Positions 38,487 through 48,619 of a DNA stretch of 64,000 bases are shown here, piece by piece; position 1 is the stretch's first letter; each line of letters begins with the position of its first letter. The DNA is from an uncultured Thermoleophilia bacterium. Lineage in GTDB: Bacteria > Actinomycetota > Thermoleophilia > UBA2241. The translations under genes were made by a program, and so were the position numbers. The stretch covers positions 96,001 to 160,000 of the forward strand of contig CAVPCT010000001.1 of the NCBI GenBank assembly GCA_963702475.1, read 5' to 3'. The notes beneath the pieces are model-generated. The model searched no databases, was not told the origin of the DNA, and saw only the letters and a list, made by a program, of their open reading frames with translations.

Positions 38487-39458
38487 ATGCACACATCGAT
38501 AGAGGCCGCCGGGCTGGTGAAGTCCTACCGCGGCGGCGTGCGCGCCCTCGACGGCGTGAGCCTGGTCGCGGAGACCGGCTCGGTGTTCGGCCTTCTGGGT
38601 CCGAACGGCGCCGGCAAGTCGACCGCCGTGAAGATCCTGACAACACTCTCGCGTCCGGATGCCGGTGAGGCCCGCGTCGCGGGGTTCGACGTCGTGCGCC
38701 AGGCCGCCAAGGTGCGCCTGGCCATCGGCTGCGTGGCGCAGAAGTCGGGGCTCGACCTCCAGGCGACGGGTCGCGAGAACCTCATGCTCCAGGGCCGCGT
38801 GTACGGCATGCGCGGCCGCGAGCTCAAGCGCCGCGCCCAGGAGCTGCTCGACCGCTTCGGCCTGACGGACTCGGCCGACCGCACGGTGCGCACGTACTCC
38901 GGCGGCATGCAGCGCAAGCTGGACGTGGCCGTGGGACTGATGCACCGGCCGGAGGTCCTCTTTCTTGACGAGCCGACGACCGGACTCGACCCCGAGGCGC
39001 GCGTGGACATGTGGGCGGAGATCGCGCGACTCGCGGGCAGCGACGGTCTCACGATCCTCATGACCACGCACTATCTGGAAGAGGCCGACAGCCTCGCGCG
39101 GCGGCTCGCCATCGTCGACCACGGCAAGGTCGTGGCGGAGGGCACGCCGGACGAGCTCAAGGGCGAGCTGCGTGGCGACACCATCGTCGTGGAGCTCGAG
39201 CGGGCGCCGCAGGACGGCGACGTCAGGCGCGCGCTCGCGAGCCTGGCCGACCTGCGCGACCTGGTCGTGGAGGCCCGTTCGCTGCGGGCGCGGGCCGACA
39301 GCGGCGCGCGCATGGTGCCGCTCGTGCTCAACGCCCTCGAGAGCGCGGGGGTGGGAGTGTCCGCCGTCACGGTGGCGCGTCCATCCCTGGACGACGTCTA
39401 CCTGCGTCACGCCGGCAGGAGGTTCTGTGAGGACGACACGGAGGTGAAGCGGCCATGA
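38487..39458 (+). CDS. DrrA-type ABC transporter ATP-binding protein
   Basis: GPNGAGKS, YSGGM, FLDEPTTGLDP, TTHYLEEA, PSLDDVY. Confidence 0.92.
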   Translation: MHTSIEAAGLVKSYRGGVRALDGVSLVAETGSVFGLLGPNGAGKSTAVKILTTLSRPDAGEARVAGFDVVRQAAKVRLAIGCVAQKSGLDLQATGRENLMLQGRVYGMRGRELKRRAQELLDRFGLTDSADRTVRTYSGGMQRKLDVAVGLMHRPEVLFLDEPTTGLDPEARVDMWAEIARLAGSDGLTILMTTHYLEEADSLARRLAIVDHGKVVAEGTPDELKGELRGDTIVVELERAPQDGDVRRALASLADLRDLVVEARSLRARADSGARMVPLVLNALESAGVGVSAVTVARPSLDDVYLRHAGRRFCEDDTEVKRP

Positions 39459-40231
39459 TCCACGCGATCGCCGACACGTACTTCATGACCCAGCGGCACT
39501 TCCGCAACCTGCTGCGGCAGCCGGCCTGGATCCTCATCTCCCTGGTGCAGCCCGTGGTGTGGCTGCTCCTCTACGGCGCCCTGTTCCGCAAGATCGTGGA
39601 GATCCCGGGCTTCGGGACCGGCAGCTACATCGACTTCCTCACCCCCGGCATCGTGGTCATGACCTGCCTCTTCAGCGCGGGGTGGAGCGGCATGGACCTC
39701 ATCGAGGACATCGACCGTGGCGTGATCGACCGCTTCCTGGTGAGCCCGGCGAGTCGCAGTTCGCTCATCGCCGGGCGGCTCGTGCAGGGCGCCCTCGTGG
39801 GCGTGATCCAGTCGGTCATCATCGTCGTGCTCGGCCTGATCGTCGGCGCCGAGTATCCGGGCGGGCTGCCGGGTATCGTGGCGCTCACGATCTGCGCGGT
39901 GCTCCTCGGCACGGGGGTCGGCGCCCTGAGCAACGCCGTCGGCGTCCTTTCGCGACGTGTCGAGACCATGGTGGCCGTCAGCAACTTCGTCCTGCTCCCG
40001 CTCACCTTTCTGAGCTCCGTGTTCATGGCTCGGGCGCTCATGCCGGCCTGGATGCAGAGCATCGCCACGTACAACCCGGTGGAGTGGGCGGTCAACGCCG
40101 GCCGGGAGGGGCTCGCCGCGAGTCCCGACTGGGGCGTCGTGCTCACGCGCATGGGGCTCCTCGCCCTGTTCACCGTCATCTGCACCTGGCTGGCCACACG
40201 GGCCTTCCGCTTGTACCAGCGATCCATCTGA
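39455..40231 (+). CDS. ABC-2 type permease (DrrB-like)
   Basis: Y.DFL.PG, DRFLVSP, P..FLS..F....MP.W..I..YNP; ATGA overlap. Confidence 0.9.
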   Translation: MIHAIADTYFMTQRHFRNLLRQPAWILISLVQPVVWLLLYGALFRKIVEIPGFGTGSYIDFLTPGIVVMTCLFSAGWSGMDLIEDIDRGVIDRFLVSPASRSSLIAGRLVQGALVGVIQSVIIVVLGLIVGAEYPGGLPGIVALTICAVLLGTGVGALSNAVGVLSRRVETMVAVSNFVLLPLTFLSSVFMARALMPAWMQSIATYNPVEWAVNAGREGLAASPDWGVVLTRMGLLALFTVICTWLATRAFRLYQRSI

Positions 40232-40421
40232 GGCAGGCGTCGCCTGCGGCGGCTGAGGCGATGCAGGGCGGCGGGCGGCTCTTCCGGCCGCCCGCCGCCC
40301 GTTCGTCGTCTTCTTGGCCGCCCGGCTCTCCCGCCCGCCTCCCGGCGTGCGACGCCCGCGTCGGCTCCGCGGAGTGGGATAGCATTGGCCCACTGCGAGT
40401 CCAAGGGACGCCGGGGGTAAG

Positions 40422-41672
40422 GTGAGCATCTTCAGATACCGCGACGAGCACGCCGCCGCGACCGGGGAGACCGCCCCGGCGGCCGCCGACGAAGGCTCCG
40501 GCGGCCGTTCTCAGACCACGTTCTCCGCGCCGCAGTGGCTGCGCCAGTTCGGCCTCGCCAGCTGGCTCGTCATCGGCATCGCCATCATCGTGGTCGCGCT
40601 GATCCTCCTCACCGGCTGGCTGATGACGCTGTTCGTCCCCACGCTGTTCGCCGCCCTGCTCGGGGCCACGTTCCTGCCCCTCTGCGACTGGTTCGAGCGG
40701 CATCACATGAAGCGCTGGCTGGCCACGCTGCTGACCATGTGCGTCATCGCCGTGATCTTCCTGGCAGTGATCGTCATCGTGGTCTACGGGGTGTTCAGCG
40801 AGTTCCCGACCGTGCAGGCGAACCTCACCACGGCCGCCGTCGACATCTCATCCTGGCTCCAGAGCCATCACGTGGAGATCTCCCGCGACCAGATCGAGGC
40901 GGCGTTCGAGAGGATCGGGCCGTCGGTGATCTCCGGCGCCGTCAACGTCCTCCTCAAGGGCGTGAACAGCATCTCGGTGTTCATCTTCGGCGTGTTCATC
41001 GGCATCAACATCCTGGCCTACTTCCTCGCCGACGGGCGCGGCATCGGTCGCTGGGTCTCGCACCACCTCGGCCCGGTGCCGCAGCCCACCGCCTATCGCA
41101 TCATCGCCAACGCGGCCCGCTTCCTTCGTGGGTACATCTGGGGGAGCACGCTGATCGGCATCTTCAACGGCGTGATCATGTTCGTGGGAGCGCTGGTGCT
41201 GGGCGTGCCGCTGGCCGCGACCATCGGTATCGTCGGCTGGTTCACGAACTACATCCCCACGTTCGGTGCCATCATCGGCGGGGCGTTCGCGGTGCTCATC
41301 GCGCTGGCGTCGGGCGGGGTGACCACGGGCATCCTCATGCTCGTCGTGATCCTCATCGCCAACGGGCCGCTGCAGACGGTGGTCTCGCAGTTCGCCCTCG
41401 GCGCGGCGCTCAAGCTGCACCCGCTCGCCGTGCTGTTCGTGACCACCGCTGGGATGATCATGTTCGGGGCGCTGGGCGGCATCGTCGCGGCGCCCTTCCT
41501 CAAGATCGTGATGGACGCGCACCGCCAGCTGAAGGCCGTCGGGCTGTTCGGGGCGTCCGCGACGGACGGGGCCGCGCTGCCGGGGGACCTCGCCGCGGAC
41601 GCGGCGCAGCACCCGCCGGGTGGCGACGGCCCGCCGGGCGGGCCGGCGGCCGAAGGCTCAGCGGCCGGCTGA
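40422..41672 (+). CDS. AI-2E family transporter
   Basis: TM pattern, YFLADG, YIPTFGA, LKLHPL, GALGGIVAAP. Confidence 0.85.
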   Translation: MSIFRYRDEHAAATGETAPAAADEGSGGRSQTTFSAPQWLRQFGLASWLVIGIAIIVVALILLTGWLMTLFVPTLFAALLGATFLPLCDWFERHHMKRWLATLLTMCVIAVIFLAVIVIVVYGVFSEFPTVQANLTTAAVDISSWLQSHHVEISRDQIEAAFERIGPSVISGAVNVLLKGVNSISVFIFGVFIGINILAYFLADGRGIGRWVSHHLGPVPQPTAYRIIANAARFLRGYIWGSTLIGIFNGVIMFVGALVLGVPLAATIGIVGWFTNYIPTFGAIIGGAFAVLIALASGGVTTGILMLVVILIANGPLQTVVSQFALGAALKLHPLAVLFVTTAGMIMFGALGGIVAAPFLKIVMDAHRQLKAVGLFGASATDGAALPGDLAADAAQHPPGGDGPPGGPAAEGSAAG

Positions 41673-41962
41673 CGCGCCGGGCGCGGCGCGATCCCAACGT
41701 CTACCGCTCCGCGGGCTTGTGACCCTGTTGCCGTCCTCGCGGTTCGTTGTAGAACACAACCAATCGCGAGTGCGGGCCACGGAACAACCGGCCGCGCGCC
41801 GCCGCCGCATGCAGTCAGGCGGGTGCGTGAGCCTCGGCGGGCGTCGATGGCCGCGGTGAGGCGGGACCTCCGGCGACGTGCGAGGGGCGGCTCGCCCCAC
41901 GGGGAGCCGCCCCTCGTCATCCGCTCCGCGGCGGGCGCTGCTGCGCGGCGCCCGCTGTCACC

Positions 41963-42355
41963 TCAGTGAAAGTACTCCCGGTACGCCGTGAGCGCGTACA
42001 GGATCATGAAGTACAACACGAACATGATGATGCCCCACCAGGGCAGCACCAGGAAGCCGACGAACCAGATGATGAGCCCGGCGATGCCGAACGCCAGGCC
42101 CCAGGCGCGGGCGGCGCGCGAGCGGCGCAGCACGAACAGGCCGATGCCCAGCTGCGCGACGCCGAGGACGAGGAAGATCACGGCCCACGCCGAGAGGTTG
42201 TCCAGTAGCGTCTGCTCGGCGTGGAACACCTCGTCGCGGTACAGCGCCGCGATGCCGGCGATGACGTTGAAGGCGCCGGCGATGAGGTAGAAGATGCCGG
42301 CGAACTCGACCCAGCCGCGGCCCTCGCCGTGCGCGTGTGCCCTCGTCATGGACAT
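41963..42355 (-). CDS. Small 4-TM membrane protein (DUF7144-like)
   Basis: GW..FAG...IAG.FN.I.GI.AL, W....L.LG, P.WG...; RBS GGAGG. Confidence 0.75.
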   Translation of the reverse strand: MSMTRAHAHGEGRGWVEFAGIFYLIAGAFNVIAGIAALYRDEVFHAEQTLLDNLSAWAVIFLVLGVAQLGIGLFVLRRSRAARAWGLAFGIAGLIIWFVGFLVLPWWGIIMFVLYFMILYALTAYREYFH

Positions 42356-42407
42356 GCCCTCCTCGTCGGCGCGCCGGTCCCCGTGACGTCGGCGCTCTGC
42401 TGAGGCG

Positions 42408-44207
42408 TCACTCTATCGCACGCCGGCTGGCCCCGGGCAGCCACCAGGCCGGCTCGATCGTGTCGCGCTCAGGCTGCTGGGCGAGGGAGTCGTCCGGCGG
42501 GTCCGTGATCCCCGTCTCGAGCTTGTACGCGCGGATGACGTCATCGGTGTCCCCGAACACGCGCTGGGGACCGATGAGGTCGAGCAGACCGTCCCGCTTG
42601 AGTTCCGCACGCACGGGATCGGCCACGTCGCACAGCACCACGGTGATCCCGCGCGCGTGCAGGTCGCGTACGGTGCGCTCGAGCCAGAGCGTGGCCGTGA
42701 AGTCGACGTCGATCACCGACTCCATGGCCACGCAGAACCAGCGGACGGGGAGCGGCGCGTCGTGCAACAGGCGGTCGACCTCCTCGTGGAAGCGGGATGC
42801 GTTGGCGTAGTAGAGGCTCGCGCCGAAGCGGTAGATGAGGAGGCCCTTGCGCGCCTGCACGCCGCTGTCGAGCGGCAGGTTCTTCCACACCTTGCCTTCG
42901 AAGCGCGCCAGCAGCCGGTCGTAGGGGTGATAGCTGTGCCGCAGGTGGGCGATGATCGACACGGCGATGGCCACGAAGATGCCCTCCTCCACGCCCACCA
43001 GGACCACCGTCGCCGTGGTGAGCACCGCGACCCAGAACTCCACCGGACGCTGCCGCCACACAGTGCGCATGCCGCGCCAGTCGACGAGCTTGACGCCGAT
43101 CAGAAACACGACGGCCGAGAGGACGGCCTCGGGCAGGTACCCCATGGCCCCGGTCGCGAAGAGCAGGACAAGGACGGCGATGGCTGCGGCCGTGAGCTGG
43201 GAGAGCTGGCTGCGGCCGCCGGCCTCGTCGACGATGGCGGTCTTGGTGGGGCTGCCGTTGACGACGTAGGTGCCCGTGAACGCGGCGCCCACGTTGGCCA
43301 GCCCCAGCCCGACCAGGTCCACGTTGTCGTCGAGCCTGTCCTCGTACTTGGAGGCGTAGGCCCGGGACGTGGCCGCGCTCTGCGCGACGATGACGATGAA
43401 GAGCGATGCGGCGGTGCCGGCCAGAGGGATCATGTCGCGGAACGGGACCGCGGGCCAGTCCAGGCCTGGCAGGCCGCGGGGGATCGCGCCGATCGTAAGG
43501 ATGCCGTGGTCGGCGAAGGAAAAAGCGTAGCTCAGGACCATGGTGCCCACCACGGCGATGAGCGCCCAGGGCACGCGCCGCGCCCACCGCTCGCCGAGCA
43601 CGATCACGACGATGACGCTCACGGCGATCAGGACAGCCGCGGGGCTGGTGTGCGTCAGGTCCCTGGCCCAGCTGTACACGTGGGCGGCCGTGGAGCCCCC
43701 CTCCTTGTGGAGGCCGAACATGCCGGCCAGCTGCCCCGCCGCGACGGAGATGCCGACGCCGGTGAGGAAGCCGATGAGCACGGTGCGCGAGAGGAAGTTG
43801 GCGAGGAACCCGAGACGCAGCAGGCGGGCGAGCAGCAGCAGGACGCCGGCGATGAGTGCCAACATGCAGGCCATCCCCACGTACTGCGGCGACCCCGCCA
43901 GGGCGAGCGGCGTGAGGGCGGCGAAGGTGATGGCCGCGGTGGCCGAGTCGGCGCCCACCACGAGGTGGCGCGACGAGCCGAGCAGGGCGAACAGCACGGC
44001 CGGGACGATGAGCGTGTACAGCCCGGTGACGACCGGCATGCCGGCGATGCGCGAATAGCCGAGGACCTCCGGGATGGCGAGTGCGGCAAGCGTGGCGCCG
44101 GCGAGCACGTCGGGCACGGCGCGCTTCTTCCCGATAGGCAGGAGGCCTTCGAACAGCGGGGACGGCAAACGACGGCGCGGCGGCGCGGCCTTCGAGGTCG
44201 CCGCCAT
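42408..44207 (-). CDS. SulP/SLC26 anion transporter with STAS domain
   Basis: DVLAG...P..LGY..IAG.P...GLY, GSSRHL.VG.DS, NGSPTKT, STAS LYYANA...DVD. Confidence 0.9.
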   Translation of the reverse strand: MAATSKAAPPRRRLPSPLFEGLLPIGKKRAVPDVLAGATLAALAIPEVLGYSRIAGMPVVTGLYTLIVPAVLFALLGSSRHLVVGADSATAAITFAALTPLALAGSPQYVGMACMLALIAGVLLLLARLLRLGFLANFLSRTVLIGFLTGVGISVAAGQLAGMFGLHKEGGSTAAHVYSWARDLTHTSPAAVLIAVSVIVVIVLGERWARRVPWALIAVVGTMVLSYAFSFADHGILTIGAIPRGLPGLDWPAVPFRDMIPLAGTAASLFIVIVAQSAATSRAYASKYEDRLDDNVDLVGLGLANVGAAFTGTYVVNGSPTKTAIVDEAGGRSQLSQLTAAAIAVLVLLFATGAMGYLPEAVLSAVVFLIGVKLVDWRGMRTVWRQRPVEFWVAVLTTATVVLVGVEEGIFVAIAVSIIAHLRHSYHPYDRLLARFEGKVWKNLPLDSGVQARKGLLIYRFGASLYYANASRFHEEVDRLLHDAPLPVRWFCVAMESVIDVDFTATLWLERTVRDLHARGITVVLCDVADPVRAELKRDGLLDLIGPQRVFGDTDDVIRAYKLETGITDPPDDSLAQQPERDTIEPAWWLPGASRRAIE

Positions 44208-44327
44208 CAGCGTGCCGGACCTCTCGACAGGGGTTGGGACGGCATGGCGCGGACGTCCGTCATGCACGCAGCGTACCGCGCCAGGCGCCCCGGAGAAAGG
44301 ACGCGCGGACGGAGCAGCGGCCGGCGG

Positions 44328-45719
44328 TCAGTGCCTGAAGCCCGAGGCCGTCTTCTCGTCGTGCGCGGGCTCCGCCTGCTTCTGCAGGCGAGGCAGCTGG
44401 CGTTTGAGGTCGCGCAGCAGCATGTCGGCCACGTCGTACGTGAACCCGCGGCGCACCACGACGCGCAGCGCCGCGAGGTCCTCCCGGTCTTTGGGGAACG
44501 TGTAGGCCGGCACCAGCCAGCCGCGCTCGCGAAGGGCGTTGGAGACGTCGAACACGGAGTAGTTGTCGACCCCGTCGGCCAGGGTGAACGCGAACACGGG
44601 CAGTTCGTCACCGCGCGTGAGGAGCTTGAACGGGCCCAGCGCACCGATGGCGTCGGCCGTGTAGGCGGCCACCTCGCGGGCGTACTTGTGGACCCGCCGG
44701 TAGCCCTCGAAGCCCAGTCGCAGGAAGTTGTAGTACTGGCCCACGATCTGGGCGCCCGGACGGGAGAAGCTCAGGGCGAACGTGGGCATCTCGTCGCCAA
44801 GGTAGTTGACCCAGAAGATGAGGTCCTTCGGCAGGGCGTCGGCGTCGCGCCACACCGCCCAGCCGACGCCGGGGTACACCAGGCCGTACTTGTGCCCGGA
44901 CGTGTTGATGGACTGCACCCGCGGCAGACGGAAGTCCCACAGCAGCCCCGGGTCGAGAAACGGCGCGATGAAGCCGCCAGAGGCGCCGTCCACGTGCACC
45001 GGGACGTCCAGTCCCGTGCGCTGCTGCAGGTCGTCCAGGGCGTCGCAGATCTCCTTGACCGGCTCGAACGACCCGTCGAAGGTCGAGCCGAGCACGGCCA
45101 CCACGCCGATCGTGTCCTCGTCGCACAGCTTGACCGCCTCCTCGCCGTTCAGGTGCAGACGGTCGCCCTCCATCGGCACGAGGCGCATCTCCACGTCCCA
45201 GTAGTTGGCGAACTTCTCCCAGCACACCTGGACGTTGATGCCCATCACCAGGTTGGGCTTGTCGGCGGGCTTGCCCTCGGCCTTGCGGCGCTGCTGCCAG
45301 CGTCGCTTGAGCGCGAGGCCGCCGAGCATGGCGGCCTCACTCGAGCCGATCGTCGAGCACCCGGTGGCCCTGTCGGGGTCCGGCGCGTGCCAGAGGCGGC
45401 TGAGCATGTTGACGCAGCGCAGTTCGAGCTCCGCCGTCTGCGGGTACTCGTCCTTGTCGATCATGTTCTTGTCGGCGCACTCGTCCATGAGGACGCGCGC
45501 CTGGGGCTCCATCCACGTGGTCACGAACGTGGCGAGGTTGAGGCGCGAATTGCCGTCCAGCATCAGCTCGTCGTGGATGATCTGGTAGGCGAGCGCCGGC
45601 TGCATCTCGCCCGCCGGCAGCTCGTGCCGCGGCACACGGCTACCCTCGGCGGTGAACAGCGGGTCGACGGCCAGGTCTTTCTTCGTCTCCGGTGGTGCCT
45701 CCGGGTGCATCAGGGCCAT
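44328..45719 (-). CDS. gadB: Glutamate decarboxylase
   Basis: LDGNSRLNLATFVTTWME, KNMIDKDEYP, TIGSSEA, HVDGASGG, SGHKYG (PLP Lys). Confidence 0.95.
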   Translation of the reverse strand: MALMHPEAPPETKKDLAVDPLFTAEGSRVPRHELPAGEMQPALAYQIIHDELMLDGNSRLNLATFVTTWMEPQARVLMDECADKNMIDKDEYPQTAELELRCVNMLSRLWHAPDPDRATGCSTIGSSEAAMLGGLALKRRWQQRRKAEGKPADKPNLVMGINVQVCWEKFANYWDVEMRLVPMEGDRLHLNGEEAVKLCDEDTIGVVAVLGSTFDGSFEPVKEICDALDDLQQRTGLDVPVHVDGASGGFIAPFLDPGLLWDFRLPRVQSINTSGHKYGLVYPGVGWAVWRDADALPKDLIFWVNYLGDEMPTFALSFSRPGAQIVGQYYNFLRLGFEGYRRVHKYAREVAAYTADAIGALGPFKLLTRGDELPVFAFTLADGVDNYSVFDVSNALRERGWLVPAYTFPKDREDLAALRVVVRRGFTYDVADMLLRDLKRQLPRLQKQAEPAHDEKTASGFRH

Positions 45720-45814
45720 GCTTGTTCCTCCAGTGGGCAGCTACTCGTGTCGTAAGCGAGGCGGAGCGGGCGGCCCTGCCGGCGGCCCGCCCCGCCGCGC
45801 GCAGCCGCCGAAGC

Positions 45815-46339
45815 TCAGGCGCTCTCCGCCGGAGCCGCCTTGTCCTTCTTGTGGTGCTTGGCGCCGAAGGCGTGCTTGAGCTGCTCCTCCTGCTCGGCCG
45901 TGAGGTTGGAGCGCACCAGCTTGGCGTTGGTGCCCTCGACGGCGGCGAGGAACTTGTCCTCGGTCATCTGGTCGATGATGAGGAACCAGCCGGCCTTGCC
46001 GGGGGGGATGGCGTCGCCCATCTGCTCGAGGATCTGCTTGTCGATGCCGGTCTTGCCCATCTTGCCGAAGAGGGCGCCCATGCCGGCGCCGATGGCGAGA
46101 CCGAGGAAGGGCATGAAGAAGAGCAGGCCGAAGAGCATGCCCCAGAAGGCGCCGCCCATGGCCCCGGCCCCGACGATGTGGTCGCCGTGCTTGACGTGCG
46201 GCTTGCCGTCGGGGTCGCGGATCACCTCGGCGGCGTCGCCGAGCTGCACGATCATCTGCTGCTGCAGCTCCGCGAGCTTGAGGCCGAAGCGGTCGGCCTC
46301 CAGCTCGTTCTCGAAGCCCAGGACCATCATCTCGCTCAT
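45815..46339 (-). CDS. DUF1269 family membrane protein
   Basis: DAA..RD.DGK, glycine-zipper GAFWG.L.GL.F..P..G.AIGA..GAL.G, GID; RBS GGAGAG. Confidence 0.85.
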   Translation of the reverse strand: MSEMMVLGFENELEADRFGLKLAELQQQMIVQLGDAAEVIRDPDGKPHVKHGDHIVGAGAMGGAFWGMLFGLLFFMPFLGLAIGAGMGALFGKMGKTGIDKQILEQMGDAIPPGKAGWFLIIDQMTEDKFLAAVEGTNAKLVRSNLTAEQEEQLKHAFGAKHHKKDKAAPAESA

Positions 46340-46432
46340 ACGCACTCTCCCGTTCCTGTGATTGGCGCAGGCCGTCACGGACGTCTGGCGCCGCGATGCC
46401 GAGCAGCGGTCCGTCCGCCGGCTGCACTGCAC

Positions 46433-46448
46433 GTTACCCGCAGGTTAC
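46433..46448. promoter_or_regulatory. Putative TetR operator copy (upstream of DUF1269-gadB-sulP)
   Basis: GTTACCCGCAGGTTAC, 14/16 match to GTTACCTGCAGGTAAC. Confidence 0.65.
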
Positions 46449-46473
46449 GCGTATGATTCCTCCCCCGCCGCCT

Positions 46474-47142
46474 TCAGCTTGCGTCGGGCGGCTCGGGGAC
46501 CGTGGCCGCGAACAGCAGGTCGACGACGAGTGCGATCTGCGCGTCGAGCTCGCGGTCGGAGAGCTCCTCGAGCTCCACTTCAGGCAGCAGATTGTCCCGG
46601 AGGCCGGCGAAGCCGACGACGAGCGACACGACGGCGGCGACGGCGACCCTGGGGTCGACGCCTGCCTGGCCGCCGGCCGCAGCGGACTGTCCCTGGGCCA
46701 CGGCCGTGAGCAGGCGCGTCGCCGCGAAACCGACGCCCGTGACCTCGCGCAGCACGCTGTCCATGGTCACGCGGAGGACGAGGCGGAAGTAGCGCTGCGT
46801 GGCGCGCATGTCGCCGGCCAGCATGAGCGCCGCAGCCTCTCGCACGGTCGTGGCACCGGCCGCCGCTCGGGCGAGGACGCCCTCGTGGCGGGCCAGCACG
46901 GCGCGCAGGATGTCGGCCTTGGCGCCCGCGTAGCGGTGTACCAGCGCGTGGCTCACGCCGGCCGCATCGGCGATGGCGCGCACGCTCACGTCCGAGTACG
47001 GGTGATCGGCGAACAGCCGCTCTGCGGCGTCGAGCACGCGCGCGACGACCGCCTCCCGGCCTCCTTTGGGCGCGGCGCGACCGCCGCTCTCCCCTGCGGC
47101 GCCCCGCCCCGTTCGCGTCTCGTCGCCCATCTCGCGTCTCAC
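46474..47142 (-). CDS. TetR/AcrR family transcriptional regulator
   Basis: LDAA.RLFA......SVRAIA.AAGVSHALVHRY.G.K; start could be ATG 47130. Confidence 0.88.
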   Translation of the reverse strand: MRREMGDETRTGRGAAGESGGRAAPKGGREAVVARVLDAAERLFADHPYSDVSVRAIADAAGVSHALVHRYAGAKADILRAVLARHEGVLARAAAGATTVREAAALMLAGDMRATQRYFRLVLRVTMDSVLREVTGVGFAATRLLTAVAQGQSAAAGGQAGVDPRVAVAAVVSLVVGFAGLRDNLLPEVELEELSDRELDAQIALVVDLLFAATVPEPPDAS

Positions 47143-47191
47143 ATCTCGGTCGGCGTCGTCACCCTAGGTGAAGTACTGTACAGCACAGGAC

Positions 47192-47207
47192 GTTACCGGC
47201 AGGTCAC
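47192..47207. promoter_or_regulatory. Putative TetR operator copy (tetR/SHOCT divergent region)
   Basis: GTTACCGGCAGGTCAC, 14/16 match. Confidence 0.65.
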
Positions 47208-47323
47208 TGTTTCGGTAGCATGCAGCTCCGGGCAGAACCGACAGGGACACGGTCCGGTCGCTACTCGCAACCGTCGCGAGTACCCGTCGCTACCATCATC
47301 ACCCGGCTCGAGGAGGACGTCAG

Positions 47324-47623
47324 ATGTTCATGAGGAGAAGGCCGCTGCTCGGCGCCGCCGTCGTCGGCGGAGTCGCGTACCACGCCGGCAAGAAGCGCAC
47401 GGAGGCCGCGTACCAGGAGGACCAGCAGAATCAGCAGATCGCCGACCTGCAGTCGCAGCAGGCGCAGCAGCAGCAGGCTCCGCCGGCGCCGGCCGCCGCC
47501 GCCCCGGCGGCGGGCGGAGGCGTGACCGAGCAGCTCACCCAGCTCAAGGGCCTGCTGGACTCGGGCGTGCTCACGCAGGAGGAGTTCGCGGCGGCCAAGC
47601 AGAAGGTCCTGGCGGGCGGCTGA
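47324..47623 (+). CDS. SHOCT domain-containing protein
   Basis: Gln/Ala/Pro linker; QLTQLKGLLDSGVLTQEEFAAAKQKVL; RBS GAGGAGG. Confidence 0.88.
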   Translation: MFMRRRPLLGAAVVGGVAYHAGKKRTEAAYQEDQQNQQIADLQSQQAQQQQAPPAPAAAAPAAGGGVTEQLTQLKGLLDSGVLTQEEFAAAKQKVLAGG

Positions 47624-47657
47624 GGCCGGACCTGCCTTCAGGAGAAAGGAACACACT

Positions 47658-48158
47658 ATGGGTCCGGTACAGATCCTGGTCGTGGGGTTCGGCGAGGACG
47701 CCAAGTTCAAGGGCGCCGCCCTCGAGGAGCTGCGGAAGCTCCAGGAGCACGACATCGTGCGCCTCATCGACCTGCTCGTGGTGCGTAAGCTCGACGACGG
47801 CACCGTGGAGAAGCTGGAGATCAGCGACGCGGCCGAGATCGCCGAGCTGGGCGCCCTGGCCGGAGCGCTGCTCGGCCTCGGCGCCGCCGGTGAAGAGGGA
47901 GCCGTGGCGGGCGCCGAGCTCGGCGCCGAGCTCGGCGCCGAGGGTACGGTGTTCGAGGACAGTGACGTGTGGTACCTGGCGGACGCCTTGCCGGTGGGCA
48001 TGGCCGCCGCGGTCGTGATCCTCGAGCACCGCTGGGCGATCCCGCTGCGCAACGCCATCCGCGAGAACGACGGCGTACCGCTGCTCGACCGCTGGGTACA
48101 CCCGGAGGACCTCGTGGCCGCGGGCATGGAGATCGGCCGCGACGTCACCGACGATTGA
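47658..48158 (+). CDS. DUF6325/DUF1269-related protein
   Basis: MGPVQ.LVVGF, IVRLIDL..V.K, LP.G.AAAV..LEH.WA. Confidence 0.8.
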   Translation: MGPVQILVVGFGEDAKFKGAALEELRKLQEHDIVRLIDLLVVRKLDDGTVEKLEISDAAEIAELGALAGALLGLGAAGEEGAVAGAELGAELGAEGTVFEDSDVWYLADALPVGMAAAVVILEHRWAIPLRNAIRENDGVPLLDRWVHPEDLVAAGMEIGRDVTDD

Positions 48159-48275
48159 ACGACGGATCCGGCTGGACGAGGCGTTCTCCGCAGTCGCACG
48201 CCTCTGAGGCCGGACGCGGCACGTGAGGCTCGGCGGGCCGGGCGGCGCAAGACGCTGCCCGGCCCGTGGCGTCTT

Positions 48276-48485
48276 TCACGCGGGGATGTGCGCGGTGAGG
48301 GCGCAGTCCACCACCGCGAGAGAGTCCTCGACGCCGGCCGCGGCGGCGATGTCGCGCACCGTCGTTCTGCGGATGCCCTTGTCGGCGAACAGCATGGCGG
48401 CGGCGTCGAGGACGAGCGCCCTGACCTCTTCGTGACGGCTGTGCGTCTCGGGCGGCCCCGGCCCTGGGGTCTCCTGGCCTTGCAC
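48276..48485 (-). pseudogene. Truncated TetR (N-terminal HTH only)
   Basis: RBS GGAGG plus GTG; VLDAAAMLFADKG...TTVRDIAAAAGV, then a stop after 69 aa. Confidence 0.7.
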
Positions 48486-48619
48486 GGTCTGTTCCTCCCG
48501 TCTCCTGGTCCTCGGGGCCCCCAGCTTCCGCGCGCGAACCGTATCATCACGGGCCGCATGTGTTCGGCCTCGCCCGGGTAGGGTGGGTTCCCGAAAAGGG
48601 TTGGAGAGAGGGGTCGTGA

